The translations under genes and the position numbers were made by a program. From positions 25,383 to 89,382 of the forward strand of contig HF998226.1 in assembly GCA_000433255.1 (NCBI GenBank): a stretch of DNA of 64,000 nucleotides, read 5' to 3'. This document shows, one piece after another, positions 32,773 to 42,482 of this stretch; within the stretch, counting starts at the first letter, position 1; the number at the start of each line of letters is the position of its first letter. Source of the stretch: Coprobacillus sp. CAG:605 (GTDB lineage Bacteria; Bacillota_I; Bacilli_A; RF39; UBA660). The notes under the pieces were generated by a model that worked only from the letters and a program-made list of their open reading frames with translations, was not told the origin of the DNA and ran no database searches.

Positions 32773-33141
32773 AACCATAATTACAAAGTAATAACTAAAT
32801 ATTAAATAGGGTATATTATAGATAATTAAACGTCTATCTAGATTATAAATCTCTCTAAATAATAAAGTATTATTAATACTTAGAAAAATAGAGAAGAGTA
32901 GAGCTAAAACTTCATCATGAAAATACCCATAAAATATCAAAGTACTAAGAAGTAATAACATATTAGTAATAACAAAGAAAACTAAATCATAATTCATCTT
33001 AGATTCTTTCAAAATAAATAATAACGAAATATTATATAGTCCAAATGATATAATTAAAAAAAGTAATGTCAACATATTCCACGCACCTTTACTAATTATA
33101 TGAACTATATTAAAATAAAATGAGTGAGGTAAAAATGACAC
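32752..33141 (-). CDS. Possible small membrane protein in an otherwise empty 350-nt gap. Low confidence.
   Basis: Hydrophobic ORF, and no + strand ORF across 32773-33119. The region is AT-rich, so it could be spurious. Confidence 0.3.
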   Translation of the reverse strand: MSFLPHSFYFNIVHIISKGAWNMLTLLFLIISFGLYNISLLFILKESKMNYDLVFFVITNMLLLLSTLIFYGYFHDEVLALLFSIFLSINNTLLFREIYNLDRRLIIYNIPYLIFSYYFVIMVLKIFLV

Positions 33142-34259
33142 AAGTAGTAATGGATAAAAAAGAAGAAATTGTAATGAAATTAACCCATTTTCTTATTACC
33201 AAAGAAAACTATACTCCAATTGTAGTTAATGGTACGAAAAATGAAGTTTGGTTAGAAAACCAAGAAGGTCCTTATAAAATAATTAGAATAAACTCTAACT
33301 ATATTCATAATAACGAACAATATAAATTTGACTTATTTAAAATAAGAAATATTACATCCCAAGTAAAGAAAAAAACTCTTTCTTTCAAAATGAATGTTTT
33401 AAACATTTTCTTAGATATAAATGACGATATTAAATTAGATGATGTTAAAAATATTCATAGTATCTCTATTAAAAATAGTAAAGATTTACTAAAAAATGAA
33501 ACTTTAAAAGAAACATTTCCTAAAATAGATAGTGAACTATTACAAGAAAAGAACAATATCGACTTATTAATTAATGTAACTAATGATATAAATATGAAGT
33601 CAGCTCATGATAATAAAGTTTATGAAGAAACCTTTAAACCAAAGAAAATCATTATAACTCCTATATTAATAGCGTTATGTTGTGTATGCTTTGTACTAGA
33701 ATTAATATTTCCCGGACTTCTAAGCCTAGGCGCTAATAACCATGATTTAGTAGCAAGCGGTCAATATTATAGATTATTTACCAGCGCCTTCTTGCATGTT
33801 AATATCATTCACTTACTATGTAACATGTACTCTTTATACATAATCGGTCGCGGGTTAGAGAATTTTTTAGGAAAATTTAAATATACTATAGTATACCTAG
33901 TAAGTTTAATAGCATCATCCCTAATGTCCATAGTATTTTCTAACTCTTACTCCGTTGGCGCTAGTGGGGCTATCTTTGGCCTTTTAGGGGCCTTACTATA
34001 CTTTGGTTATAATTATCGTCTTTACTTAGGGTCTGTTATGAAATCTCAAATAATTCCTGTAATTATAATGAACTTACTACTAGGATTTACCTTAAGTGGT
34101 ATCGATAATGCTGCTCATATCGGGGGCTTAATCGGTGGCTTCTTATGTTTAATGGCACTAGGAATAACTGGCAAAGAAAACAAAAGCGAAATGATAAACG
34201 GTGCCATAGTACTAACACTATATCTAGTGTTTCTCGGATACATGGGCTTGTTCGCTTAA
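33135..34259 (+). CDS. Rhomboid-family intramembrane serine protease with an N-terminal cytoplasmic domain
   Basis: Catalytic GASGAIFGLLGA (Ser) and AHIGGLIGG (His) motifs within six transmembrane helices. A TGAGGT ribosome-binding site precedes the ATG at 33135. Confidence 0.8.
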   Translation: MTQVVMDKKEEIVMKLTHFLITKENYTPIVVNGTKNEVWLENQEGPYKIIRINSNYIHNNEQYKFDLFKIRNITSQVKKKTLSFKMNVLNIFLDINDDIKLDDVKNIHSISIKNSKDLLKNETLKETFPKIDSELLQEKNNIDLLINVTNDINMKSAHDNKVYEETFKPKKIIITPILIALCCVCFVLELIFPGLLSLGANNHDLVASGQYYRLFTSAFLHVNIIHLLCNMYSLYIIGRGLENFLGKFKYTIVYLVSLIASSLMSIVFSNSYSVGASGAIFGLLGALLYFGYNYRLYLGSVMKSQIIPVIIMNLLLGFTLSGIDNAAHIGGLIGGFLCLMALGITGKENKSEMINGAIVLTLYLVFLGYMGLFA

Positions 34260-34371
34260 CTCAGTATCAACAAAATAAGCATTTTCAATGTTTGACTTAT
34301 CCAAAGGGGTAAGTCATTTTTGTTATCCTTAAAGTGAGTGTTATGTGCTATAATGGGTTTGGTGATGTCTC

Positions 34372-36564
34372 TTGAACTATATCAAAGGAAAAATAAAACA
34401 TTTAATATTTGAATCTACTAGTGGTTATAAAGTTGGTTTAATAAGAGTTAAAGAAACCAATGATCCCGAAATGGAAGACTTTATTAATAAAACAGTTACT
34501 TTTACTGGTTATTTTGCTGATCTTACTATGGACTATGTCTATGTTCTAGAAGGTTCTTTAGTATACACAGAAAAATATGGATATCAATATAAAACCGAAA
34601 ACTATCACTACCAAGAAGTAGAAGGCAAGGATGCTGTAATTGAATTCTTAGCAAGCCCCCTAGTTAAAGGTTGTGGTGAAAAAACGGCTTGTGATATTGT
34701 TGATACCCTAGGGGAAGATGCCCTTAAAAAAATTAAGGAAAATTATACTAACCTTTTACTTGTACCTAAAATGACTGAGAAAAAAGCGTTAAAAATTTAT
34801 GATTCCATTATGAAATATCGTCAAACTGATGAAATGATTGTTGAGCTAAAAAATTTAGGTTTTACTATAAACGAAGCTTTAAGTATTATTAATAAATATG
34901 GTGATGAAACTATATCTATAGTTAAATCTAACCCTTATTGTCTAAACGAATTAATTGATTTTAATAAACTAGATAAAGTCTATTTAAATATTGGGGGCTT
35001 TGATGATGAAACCCGTATTAAAGCATGTCTTGTTGAAACCATTAAACGCCTAGAAATGGCCGATGGGGATACCTATTTCTCTTTAGAAGAAATCTTAGAC
35101 GGCCTTAAAAGATTTTTTTTGCTCTTACCAGATACTTCTATTACCGAAAAAGTAGTAGATGAGCTATCGGTTAATAACGATATCATTGTCGATAAAGACA
35201 AATACTATCTTAAAACAACCTATGAAATGGAATGTGCCATTGCTAAAAACCTTTCCTTAATTAATAATATTCCCCCTGTAGAAATTAAAGAATTTGATAC
35301 CGAGATTATTAAACTCCAAGAAAGTATTGATGTAACTTATAATAAAGAACAATTACTAGCTATTAGAAAGGCCTTAGAAAACCGTATTTCCATTATTACT
35401 GGTGGCCCAGGTACAGGAAAAACTACCATCATAAAAGCCATAACCAAGTTATATATTAAAATTCATAATCTAAGACCTGACGAAATTTCAAGCCAAATAG
35501 CCTTACTAGCCCCAACCGGTAGAGCTGCCAAAAAACTTGCTGAATCAACTGGGCTTCCCGCATCAACCATCCATCGTTATCTAAAATGGAATAAAGAAGC
35601 TAATGACTTTCAAATTAACGAACTTAATAAAAATTTCCACCGTCTTGTTATAGTAGATGAAACCTCGATGATTGATACCCATCTATTTGATGCTTTATTA
35701 AAAGGTATATGTACAAATATTCAATTAATCTTAGTAGGAGATGCTAACCAACTACCATCTGTGGGGCCAGGTCTTATCTTATCTGACTTAATAAATAGTG
35801 CCATATTTACTTTTACCCCCTTAGAAACAATCTATCGTCAAAGTAACAATAGTTATATTCCATACCTAGCTCAAGAAATAAAAAATAAAGATTTAAGTAA
35901 CGACTATCTAACTAAGAAAGACGATTATAACTTCTTAAACGCCACAGGTTCTAACATAAGAGAACTAATTAAAATGATATGTGAACGTTCTATTAAAAAA
36001 GGACTTACTGACAAAGATATTCAAATTCTAGCCCCTATGTACAAAGGAGAAAATGGTATTGATCATCTAAATGAAATCCTAAGAGACTTATTTAATCCTC
36101 CTGATACTAAGAAAAAAGAAATCAAAGTAGGTGAAGTAACCTACCGAGTAGGGGATAAAGTCTTACAACTAACTAATGATCCTAATAACGGAGTGTTCAA
36201 TGGTGATATTGGTTATATTAAAGATATTGTAACTATAACAGTTCCTAAAAAACAAGAGACAATCGTTATCGACTTCGACGGCAATAAAGTAGATTATAAA
36301 AAAGAAGATATGAACATGGTAAAACATGCTTATGCTATATCTATCCATAAATCTCAAGGTAGTGAGTTTCCCCATGTTATCATGCCGATAACTAAAAGTT
36401 ACTATAAAATGTTATATAATAAACTTATTTATACGGGAGTATCACGAGCTAAAAAATCTCTAGTACTAATAGGGGAACCCTATGCTTTAATAATGGCTGT
36501 TAATAATGATTATTCTAATCAACGAAAAACTACCTTAAAAGAAAGACTTTTGAATAATATTTAA
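34372..36564 (+). CDS. recD2: ATP-dependent RecD2-like DNA helicase (SF1)
   Basis: Walker A GGPGTGKTT, Walker B VIVDETSMID, the SIHKSQGSEF motif and an N-terminal HhH/OB region. The start codon is TTG. Confidence 0.85.
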   Translation: MNYIKGKIKHLIFESTSGYKVGLIRVKETNDPEMEDFINKTVTFTGYFADLTMDYVYVLEGSLVYTEKYGYQYKTENYHYQEVEGKDAVIEFLASPLVKGCGEKTACDIVDTLGEDALKKIKENYTNLLLVPKMTEKKALKIYDSIMKYRQTDEMIVELKNLGFTINEALSIINKYGDETISIVKSNPYCLNELIDFNKLDKVYLNIGGFDDETRIKACLVETIKRLEMADGDTYFSLEEILDGLKRFFLLLPDTSITEKVVDELSVNNDIIVDKDKYYLKTTYEMECAIAKNLSLINNIPPVEIKEFDTEIIKLQESIDVTYNKEQLLAIRKALENRISIITGGPGTGKTTIIKAITKLYIKIHNLRPDEISSQIALLAPTGRAAKKLAESTGLPASTIHRYLKWNKEANDFQINELNKNFHRLVIVDETSMIDTHLFDALLKGICTNIQLILVGDANQLPSVGPGLILSDLINSAIFTFTPLETIYRQSNNSYIPYLAQEIKNKDLSNDYLTKKDDYNFLNATGSNIRELIKMICERSIKKGLTDKDIQILAPMYKGENGIDHLNEILRDLFNPPDTKKKEIKVGEVTYRVGDKVLQLTNDPNNGVFNGDIGYIKDIVTITVPKKQETIVIDFDGNKVDYKKEDMNMVKHAYAISIHKSQGSEFPHVIMPITKSYYKMLYNKLIYTGVSRAKKSLVLIGEPYALIMAVNNDYSNQRKTTLKERLLNNI

Positions 36565-36602
36565 AAATTAACTCATACTAATTTTAAAGGATGTGAGGTA
36601 AT

Positions 36603-36752
36603 TTGAAAAAGATGTTAATGTTGGCTTGTCTTTCCCTTGGAGCTTACACTACTTACTTAATGGTAAATGATAATGCTCAAAAAAAAGCTCAAAAAGTAAT
36701 AGATGATATGCTTGATGAAGCCACTGATTTCTTAAATATGGACGCATACTAA
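36603..36752 (+). CDS. Unannotated small ORF (49 aa) with a hydrophobic N-terminus. Tentative.
   Basis: ORF MKKMLMLACLSLGAYTTYLMVNDNAQKKAQKVIDDMLDEATDFLNMDAY, with a GGATGTGAGG ribosome-binding site-like stretch upstream and a hairpin plus T-run downstream. Confidence 0.3.
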   Translation: MKKMLMLACLSLGAYTTYLMVNDNAQKKAQKVIDDMLDEATDFLNMDAY

Positions 36753-36807
36753 TGGTATGTGTTTTTTGATAAAATTTTTTAAAATTATCTTGTGACGCAC
36801 AAATCTT

Positions 36808-36856
36808 GGAAAAATGTGTAAATTGGGCTTGAAAAGGCTGGAAAATGTGTAAAATT
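36808..36856 (+). promoter_or_regulatory. Two 17-nt direct repeats upstream of the AI-2E transporter gene
   Basis: GGAAAAATGTGTAAATT at 36808-36824 and GGAAAATGTGTAAAATT at 36840-36856, separated by 15 nt. Confidence 0.45.
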
Positions 36857-36982
36857 TTGTTTGAACGCTAAAAACACTCGTTTAAAATAATAAAAAATAA
36901 CTTGATTTCTTGAATAAATAACAAAAAAAGTTATCATAATGAATAAAATATGGTAATATAAATATAGTTACGGAGTGATAAT

Positions 36983-38113
36983 ATGAAAGATAAAATTAAT
37001 TATAAAAAAGTTAATGAAGTAGTAAGCTTAACAAGCAAAATTCTAAACCTTGTTTATATTGCCATGATAATAGGTATAATATTCATTGCTACTTTGTTAG
37101 TAAAAGAATGGGGTATTCTAAAATTTGTCATGACCATCCTTAAAGTTGCCACACCATTTTTTATTGGATTTGTTATCGCCTGGTTATTTAACCCACTAGT
37201 AGTTAAACTAGAAAATAGAGGGTGGAATAGAGCCGTTGCCTCTATGGTCATATTCTTAGTATTTATCCTAATTATCTTCGCCTTCTTTAGCATGCTAATA
37301 CCAACAATCTATACGCAGTTAAATGATCTAATTGCCTCCCTGCCAGGAATATTTAATAGTCTTAAAAACTGGATAACTAATTTTTTGAATAACTTTAATA
37401 GTAGTGATATGGTTGATGTTGCTAGTATTGAAGCTAATATCTTTAAATCAATGGAAGATTTAGGTACTAATATAACTACTAATTTACCTAGTATGATAAT
37501 GAATATCGTAGGTGTAGTATTTAGTGGTCTAGGTACTATGGCTATATCCTTAGTAGTTGGACTATACTTACTATTTGATTTTAATAATGCTACTGATCAT
37601 CTACTAAAATATATCCCTAAAACTCATAAATATGAAATTGAAACTTTAATTAATCAAATTGGGGAAGAACTAAGAAAATGTGTTCGTGGTACCTTAACTA
37701 TTGCGTGTATGGTTTTTGTTTGTGATTCCCTAGGATTCGCCATTGCAGGCTTAAAAGCTCCGATCCTTTTTGGCCTTCTATGTGGGATTACTGACCTTAT
37801 TCCATACATTGGACCATATATTGGTGGTGCCGCTGCCGTAATTGTTGGGTTCTCTCAAAATCCTATGACGGGTATAATAGTATTAAGTGTTGCTGTTGTT
37901 GTTCAATTAATTGAAAACTATGTTTTACAACCAGTAGTTATGAGCAAAACTGTCGAACTACATCCCGTTACCATTATCATTGGTTTATTAATATTCGGTC
38001 ATTTCTTTGGTATCATCGGTATGATTCTTGCTATGCCGATAATGTCTTTAATCAAAGTCGTATATCGCTTCTTTGCCACAAAATATGATTGGTTTAATAG
38101 TGATATCTTCTAA
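36983..38113 (+). CDS. AI-2E family transporter (UPF0118 / PerM-like permease)
   Basis: Eight transmembrane segments in the typical AI-2E arrangement, the conserved stretch GLKAPILFGLLCGITDLIPYIGPYIGG, and a GGAGTGA ribosome-binding site. Confidence 0.8.
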   Translation: MKDKINYKKVNEVVSLTSKILNLVYIAMIIGIIFIATLLVKEWGILKFVMTILKVATPFFIGFVIAWLFNPLVVKLENRGWNRAVASMVIFLVFILIIFAFFSMLIPTIYTQLNDLIASLPGIFNSLKNWITNFLNNFNSSDMVDVASIEANIFKSMEDLGTNITTNLPSMIMNIVGVVFSGLGTMAISLVVGLYLLFDFNNATDHLLKYIPKTHKYEIETLINQIGEELRKCVRGTLTIACMVFVCDSLGFAIAGLKAPILFGLLCGITDLIPYIGPYIGGAAAVIVGFSQNPMTGIIVLSVAVVVQLIENYVLQPVVMSKTVELHPVTIIIGLLIFGHFFGIIGMILAMPIMSLIKVVYRFFATKYDWFNSDIF

Positions 38114-38631
38114 TGAGAATATTTATAATTGCCGGTAAATCCGGAAGTGGTAAAAATACTACCGCTAAATTAATAAAAAAATACTATGATACCAAAGGTC
38201 AAAAGACCATGATTACCGAGTTTTCTAAGTACTTAAAAATGTATGCTTATGAATTCCTAGGCAGTTATGATGAGTCTAATAAACCAAGAAAGTTTTTACA
38301 AGAACTAGGTGATGAAGTTAGAAAAATAAATAATGATTTTCTAATCAATCGTCTAAAAGAAGATATCGAAGTTTATAAAATGTTTTATGATAACGTTGTA
38401 ATATGTGATGCTAGATTAATAAATGAAATAGAAGCTATGAAAGAATATTACTTAAATTGTACAAGTATCCACCTAGCGTCGAATAAAGAAAATAATCTAA
38501 CTGAAGAACAAAAAAACCATAAAACCGAATTAGAACTTGATGCTTATCCTTATTTTGATTATAATATAGAATATGTGTTTGACGAGCAACTAGAATGTGA
38601 TGTCAAAAAAATGTTGGAGGAAGTAAAATGA
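38113..38631 (+). CDS. P-loop NTPase / nucleoside-kinase-like protein (172 aa)
   Basis: Walker A IIAGKSGSGKNT. Start and stop both overlap their neighbours (TAATG upstream, ATGA downstream). Confidence 0.55.
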   Translation: MRIFIIAGKSGSGKNTTAKLIKKYYDTKGQKTMITEFSKYLKMYAYEFLGSYDESNKPRKFLQELGDEVRKINNDFLINRLKEDIEVYKMFYDNVVICDARLINEIEAMKEYYLNCTSIHLASNKENNLTEEQKNHKTELELDAYPYFDYNIEYVFDEQLECDVKKMLEEVK

Positions 38632-40370
38632 ATTTAAAAGATCTATATATTAATTTTTTTATAAGCAAAGGACATAAACAAATACCAAGTGCTCCTGTTG
38701 TACCAGAAAATGACCCTAGTGTTTTATTTAATACCGCAGGTATGCAACCTTTAATCCCTTACTTAATGGGTGCTAAACATCCTTATGGTACAAGATTATG
38801 TGATTATCAAAAATGTATTAGAACTAACGACTTAGAAGAAGTAGGGGATGTAACCCATCATACTTTCTTCGAAATGTTAGGTAACTGGTCTTTAGGAGAT
38901 TATTTTAAAGACGAAGCTATATCTTGGAGTTTTGAATTCTTAACTAAAGTTTTAAATATCCCTGTTGAACGTTTAGCAGTTACTGTCTTTAATGGTAATG
39001 ATATTATTCCCTTTGATGAGGTGAGTTATAATAAATGGTTAAGTCTAGGTATAAAAAAGGAAAGAATTGCTAGAACTACTGAAGATAACTTCTGGATTGC
39101 AGGTGAGTCTGGTCCATGTGGCCCAGATACTGAGATTTTCTACTTTAGAAGTGATGATGAAATACCGGAAGTTTTTGACCCTGAAGACTCAAGATGGGTT
39201 GAAATCTGGAACAATGTTTTCATGCAATACTTAAAAGACGAAAGTGGTAAAGTAGCTGAATTACCTAAAAAGAACGTTGATACAGGAATGGGTGTAGAAA
39301 GAACTACGGCCATATTAGAAGGCGTAAACGATAATTACCTATCTAGTATCTGGAAAGATGTTATTGACTTAATTTGTAAGATTTCAAATAAACCTTATGA
39401 AGGTAATGAAAAATCAATGCGTATCATAGCAGATCATATCCGTACTTCTGTATTTATAAGTGCTGATCCAGCTGGTATTAAACCAAGTAATACAGACCAA
39501 GGTTATATCTTAAGAAGATTAATAAGAAGAGCTATTCGCCATGCTAAAAAATTAGATATCGATATCAATAGTAATTGGGAAGAACAAATTGCCTCCTTAA
39601 TCTTAGATAAATACTCTAAATACTATCAGGAACTAGTTACTAATAAAGATGTAGTATACGAAGTCTTAAAAAATGAAAAAATCAAATTTAATAAGACTTT
39701 AGCAAGTGGCTTAAGAGAGTTTGAAAAAGTAGTTAAGAAAACTGATAAGATTGATGGTACTACAGCATTTCATTTGTATGATACCTATGGATTTCCTATT
39801 GAACTTACTTGTGAACTAGCTAGTGAACAAAATATCAGTGTTGATGTTGACGGCTTTAATGAAAAATTCAAAGCTCACCAAGAGTTATCAAGAACAGCAT
39901 CTAAGGGTAAGTTCAAAGGTGGTCTTGCCGGTAATAGTGAAATTGAAACTAAATACCATACCGCAACTCACTTACTAAATGCTGCCCTAAAAGTTGTTAT
40001 CGGTCCAACAGTTCACCAAAAAGGTTCTAACATCACGGATGAGCGTATGCGCTTTGACTTCAGTTGTGATCATAAATTAACCGACGAAGAGAAAAAAGCT
40101 ACTGAAGACTTAGTAAATAAATGGATTAGTGAAGGCCTAGACGTAAGTGTTGAAACCATGAGCAAAGAAGATGCCCTTAAAAGTGGTGCTGAATGCATGT
40201 TTATTGAAAAATATCCAGATTTAGTAACTGTCTATAAAATAGGGGATGTCTCTAAAGAACTATGCGGTGGCCCACACGTTAAAAATACCAAAGAAATTGG
40301 TCACTTTAAAATAAAGAAAGAAGAAGCTTCTTCGGCTGGTGTCCGTCGAATTAAAGCTATTATTGAATAA
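38628..40370 (+). CDS. Short alanyl-tRNA synthetase-like protein with an aminoacylation/tRNA-recognition domain fused to an editing core. It lacks the beta-barrel linker and the C-Ala domain.
   Basis: The N-terminus aligns with bacterial AlaRS (FNTAGMQP, CIRTNDLEEVG, HHTFFEMLGNWSLGDYF, WNNVFMQY, DTGMGVERT, YILRRLIRRAIRH, AFHLYDTYGFPIELT). The editing motifs HTATHLL and LCGGPHV are present. At 580 aa it is far shorter than the roughly 880 aa of canonical AlaRS. Confidence 0.75.
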   Translation: MNLKDLYINFFISKGHKQIPSAPVVPENDPSVLFNTAGMQPLIPYLMGAKHPYGTRLCDYQKCIRTNDLEEVGDVTHHTFFEMLGNWSLGDYFKDEAISWSFEFLTKVLNIPVERLAVTVFNGNDIIPFDEVSYNKWLSLGIKKERIARTTEDNFWIAGESGPCGPDTEIFYFRSDDEIPEVFDPEDSRWVEIWNNVFMQYLKDESGKVAELPKKNVDTGMGVERTTAILEGVNDNYLSSIWKDVIDLICKISNKPYEGNEKSMRIIADHIRTSVFISADPAGIKPSNTDQGYILRRLIRRAIRHAKKLDIDINSNWEEQIASLILDKYSKYYQELVTNKDVVYEVLKNEKIKFNKTLASGLREFEKVVKKTDKIDGTTAFHLYDTYGFPIELTCELASEQNISVDVDGFNEKFKAHQELSRTASKGKFKGGLAGNSEIETKYHTATHLLNAALKVVIGPTVHQKGSNITDERMRFDFSCDHKLTDEEKKATEDLVNKWISEGLDVSVETMSKEDALKSGAECMFIEKYPDLVTVYKIGDVSKELCGGPHVKNTKEIGHFKIKKEEASSAGVRRIKAIIE

Positions 40371-40411
40371 CTTGGTGCCTTATGGCATCTTTTATTCTTT
40401 TAAGGAGAAAT

Positions 40412-41161
40412 ATGAATAATAAAGAATTATATAAAAGATTTATTGCGTACTTAATTGACTACTTAATAGTAATGATATTAGTAAGTGGATTAATAAATAT
40501 AAAACAATTTAATCCCCTCTATGATTATATGTTAGAAAGTAATAATAACTATGTTAAATTAGCTAATTCCTATTATCAAATGACTAATATGTTACCATAC
40601 TATTATGAAGATGAAAGATTAGATGAAGATGAATATAATAAATTACTAGAAAATAATGATACTTATAAATACCTAATTGAAGATGCATATCAAGATAAAG
40701 AATTATCTAAAGAAGAATATGATAATATTAAGAATGTAGTTACTGATGATTATAATAAGAACTATCCAGGATTGTATTATAAATATGAAAAAAGTATGAT
40801 TTATTACTATGCTATCTATCTAGTAGTATTCTTACTATACTATGTTGGATTTAATATAATTACTAAAGGAAGAACTCTTGGTAAGAAGATATTTAAATTA
40901 AAGATTGTAAGTGAAGATAATACTGAACCTAAATGGTATCAATACTTAGTAAGAACTATCTTACTATATAATTTAGAATTCTATATTCTAAGAATAATCT
41001 TTGATCTAACTATTCCAAGTACATATCTATATAACACTTTAAGAGTAGTTTATTTCTTAGAAATTATTGTTTCATACGTTATTTTACTATCTATTCCATT
41101 TAGTAAAAATAAACGTGGTATACATGAATATCTATCTAAAACTAGGGTAGAAAAAGAATAA
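40412..41161 (+). CDS. RDD-family membrane protein
   Basis: N-terminal RDD-like region (YKRFIAYLIDYLIVMIL) and a TAAGGAG ribosome-binding site before the ATG at 40412. Confidence 0.6.
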   Translation: MNNKELYKRFIAYLIDYLIVMILVSGLINIKQFNPLYDYMLESNNNYVKLANSYYQMTNMLPYYYEDERLDEDEYNKLLENNDTYKYLIEDAYQDKELSKEEYDNIKNVVTDDYNKNYPGLYYKYEKSMIYYYAIYLVVFLLYYVGFNIITKGRTLGKKIFKLKIVSEDNTEPKWYQYLVRTILLYNLEFYILRIIFDLTIPSTYLYNTLRVVYFLEIIVSYVILLSIPFSKNKRGIHEYLSKTRVEKE

Positions 41162-41193
41162 TTTGACAAACAGAGTACTTTATGCTAGAATAC
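41160..41193 (+). promoter_or_regulatory. Sigma-A-type promoter carrying the same spacer as the 16418-16451 promoter
   Basis: TTGACA at 41163-41168, a 17-nt spacer AACAGAGTACTTTATGC, then TAGAAT at 41186-41191. Confidence 0.6.
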
Positions 41194-41219
41194 ATCTCAA
41201 ATAAGGGGTGTGGTTCGTA

Positions 41220-42482
41220 ATGAGAAAAGATTCATTAGGAATTTATATGGATGATATTGCAACAGCAATATACCTTCACGAAGTTTTAAAAAAACTAGGT
41301 ATTAAAAGAGATTGCTTAGTATCAGACTATAACTTTGATTACTTTAGTGAGTCCGAGTTAGATAAAATAAAGACTTTATTTATTACGGGACTTGATAGTA
41401 TTCAATTCTTAAGATACTTATCTAACTTAGAAAAATTACAAATAATAAGTGATGATTATACTAATGTATTAGAATATGGTTCTTATAAAGATAATCCTAG
41501 GTTTAATGATATATCAAGTTTTAATGTTTTAAAAAAATTAACTAAACTTAAATACTTAGAAATAACTAATGATGTTAATATTGAATCAATTGATTTAAGT
41601 AATATGAGTGAATTAAAAACTCTAATCCTAAGAAATAATCCTCAACTAAAGACCATAATTGGTGCCGATAAACTTCATAAATTAGAAACCATTATTATTG
41701 TTGGCAATCCAATAAGAAACTTTGAAGGATTTGAATATTTCTTAGCTAATACTTTAGACGCCAAAGAAAATGTTGTAGATGTTGATGTCTACTTATCCAG
41801 TGTTAAAACATCTAAACAAGCTAAAGATATCTATGACTATTCCTTAATGGGCTTATATTCATCTAATATTACCTTTGCTGAAAAATGTGATATTGGCGAC
41901 TATACGACTATGAATATTAAAGAAATGACTGATCTTTATCGTAATTTATTAAGAAGAATAAGTAAAGTAAAGTTAAAAGATCAAGTTCCAGCCACTAAAA
42001 TAGAATATTTATATAAATATGCTGTAGGGATTTCTTTTGATATTCAAGGTATTAAAAGACGAAATGATGAATATATAAAGTTATATCAACAATATAATGG
42101 TATGATACCAGAGTTTTATCAAAAGAGTCTTAATTATTTACATAGTAGTTATGCCACATACCAACTTCACAAAGGAAACTGTGAAGGCATAGTTAATTTA
42201 ATGCATTATATGGCCTCACTATTAGATATCGATAGCCAAACAGTACATTGTCATGATAGGAGAAGCAATATTTATGGCTCTAATCACGCCTTAATTAGAT
42301 TTAAAACTATTGAGGGCTGGAAATATTACGATCCGACATATGATAGAGAAAACCATGATTATTATAAAGACATGAATTTAAAAGAGGTTGAAGAATATGC
42401 TGATTTACCAAAAATCGAGCATATAATAAATAGAAGGGAAAGATACAACAATGATGATTACACTAGAACACTTCATAAATAA
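41220..42482 (+). CDS. Leucine-rich-repeat protein with a C-terminal transglutaminase-like (Cys-His-Asp) domain
   Basis: LRR segments (LKYLEITNDVNIESIDLSNMSELKTLILRNNPQLKTI...). The C-terminus has GNCEG (Cys), NHALIRF (His) and YYDPTYD (Asp) in the order expected for a transglutaminase-like core. Confidence 0.6.
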   Translation: MRKDSLGIYMDDIATAIYLHEVLKKLGIKRDCLVSDYNFDYFSESELDKIKTLFITGLDSIQFLRYLSNLEKLQIISDDYTNVLEYGSYKDNPRFNDISSFNVLKKLTKLKYLEITNDVNIESIDLSNMSELKTLILRNNPQLKTIIGADKLHKLETIIIVGNPIRNFEGFEYFLANTLDAKENVVDVDVYLSSVKTSKQAKDIYDYSLMGLYSSNITFAEKCDIGDYTTMNIKEMTDLYRNLLRRISKVKLKDQVPATKIEYLYKYAVGISFDIQGIKRRNDEYIKLYQQYNGMIPEFYQKSLNYLHSSYATYQLHKGNCEGIVNLMHYMASLLDIDSQTVHCHDRRSNIYGSNHALIRFKTIEGWKYYDPTYDRENHDYYKDMNLKEVEEYADLPKIEHIINRRERYNNDDYTRTLHK

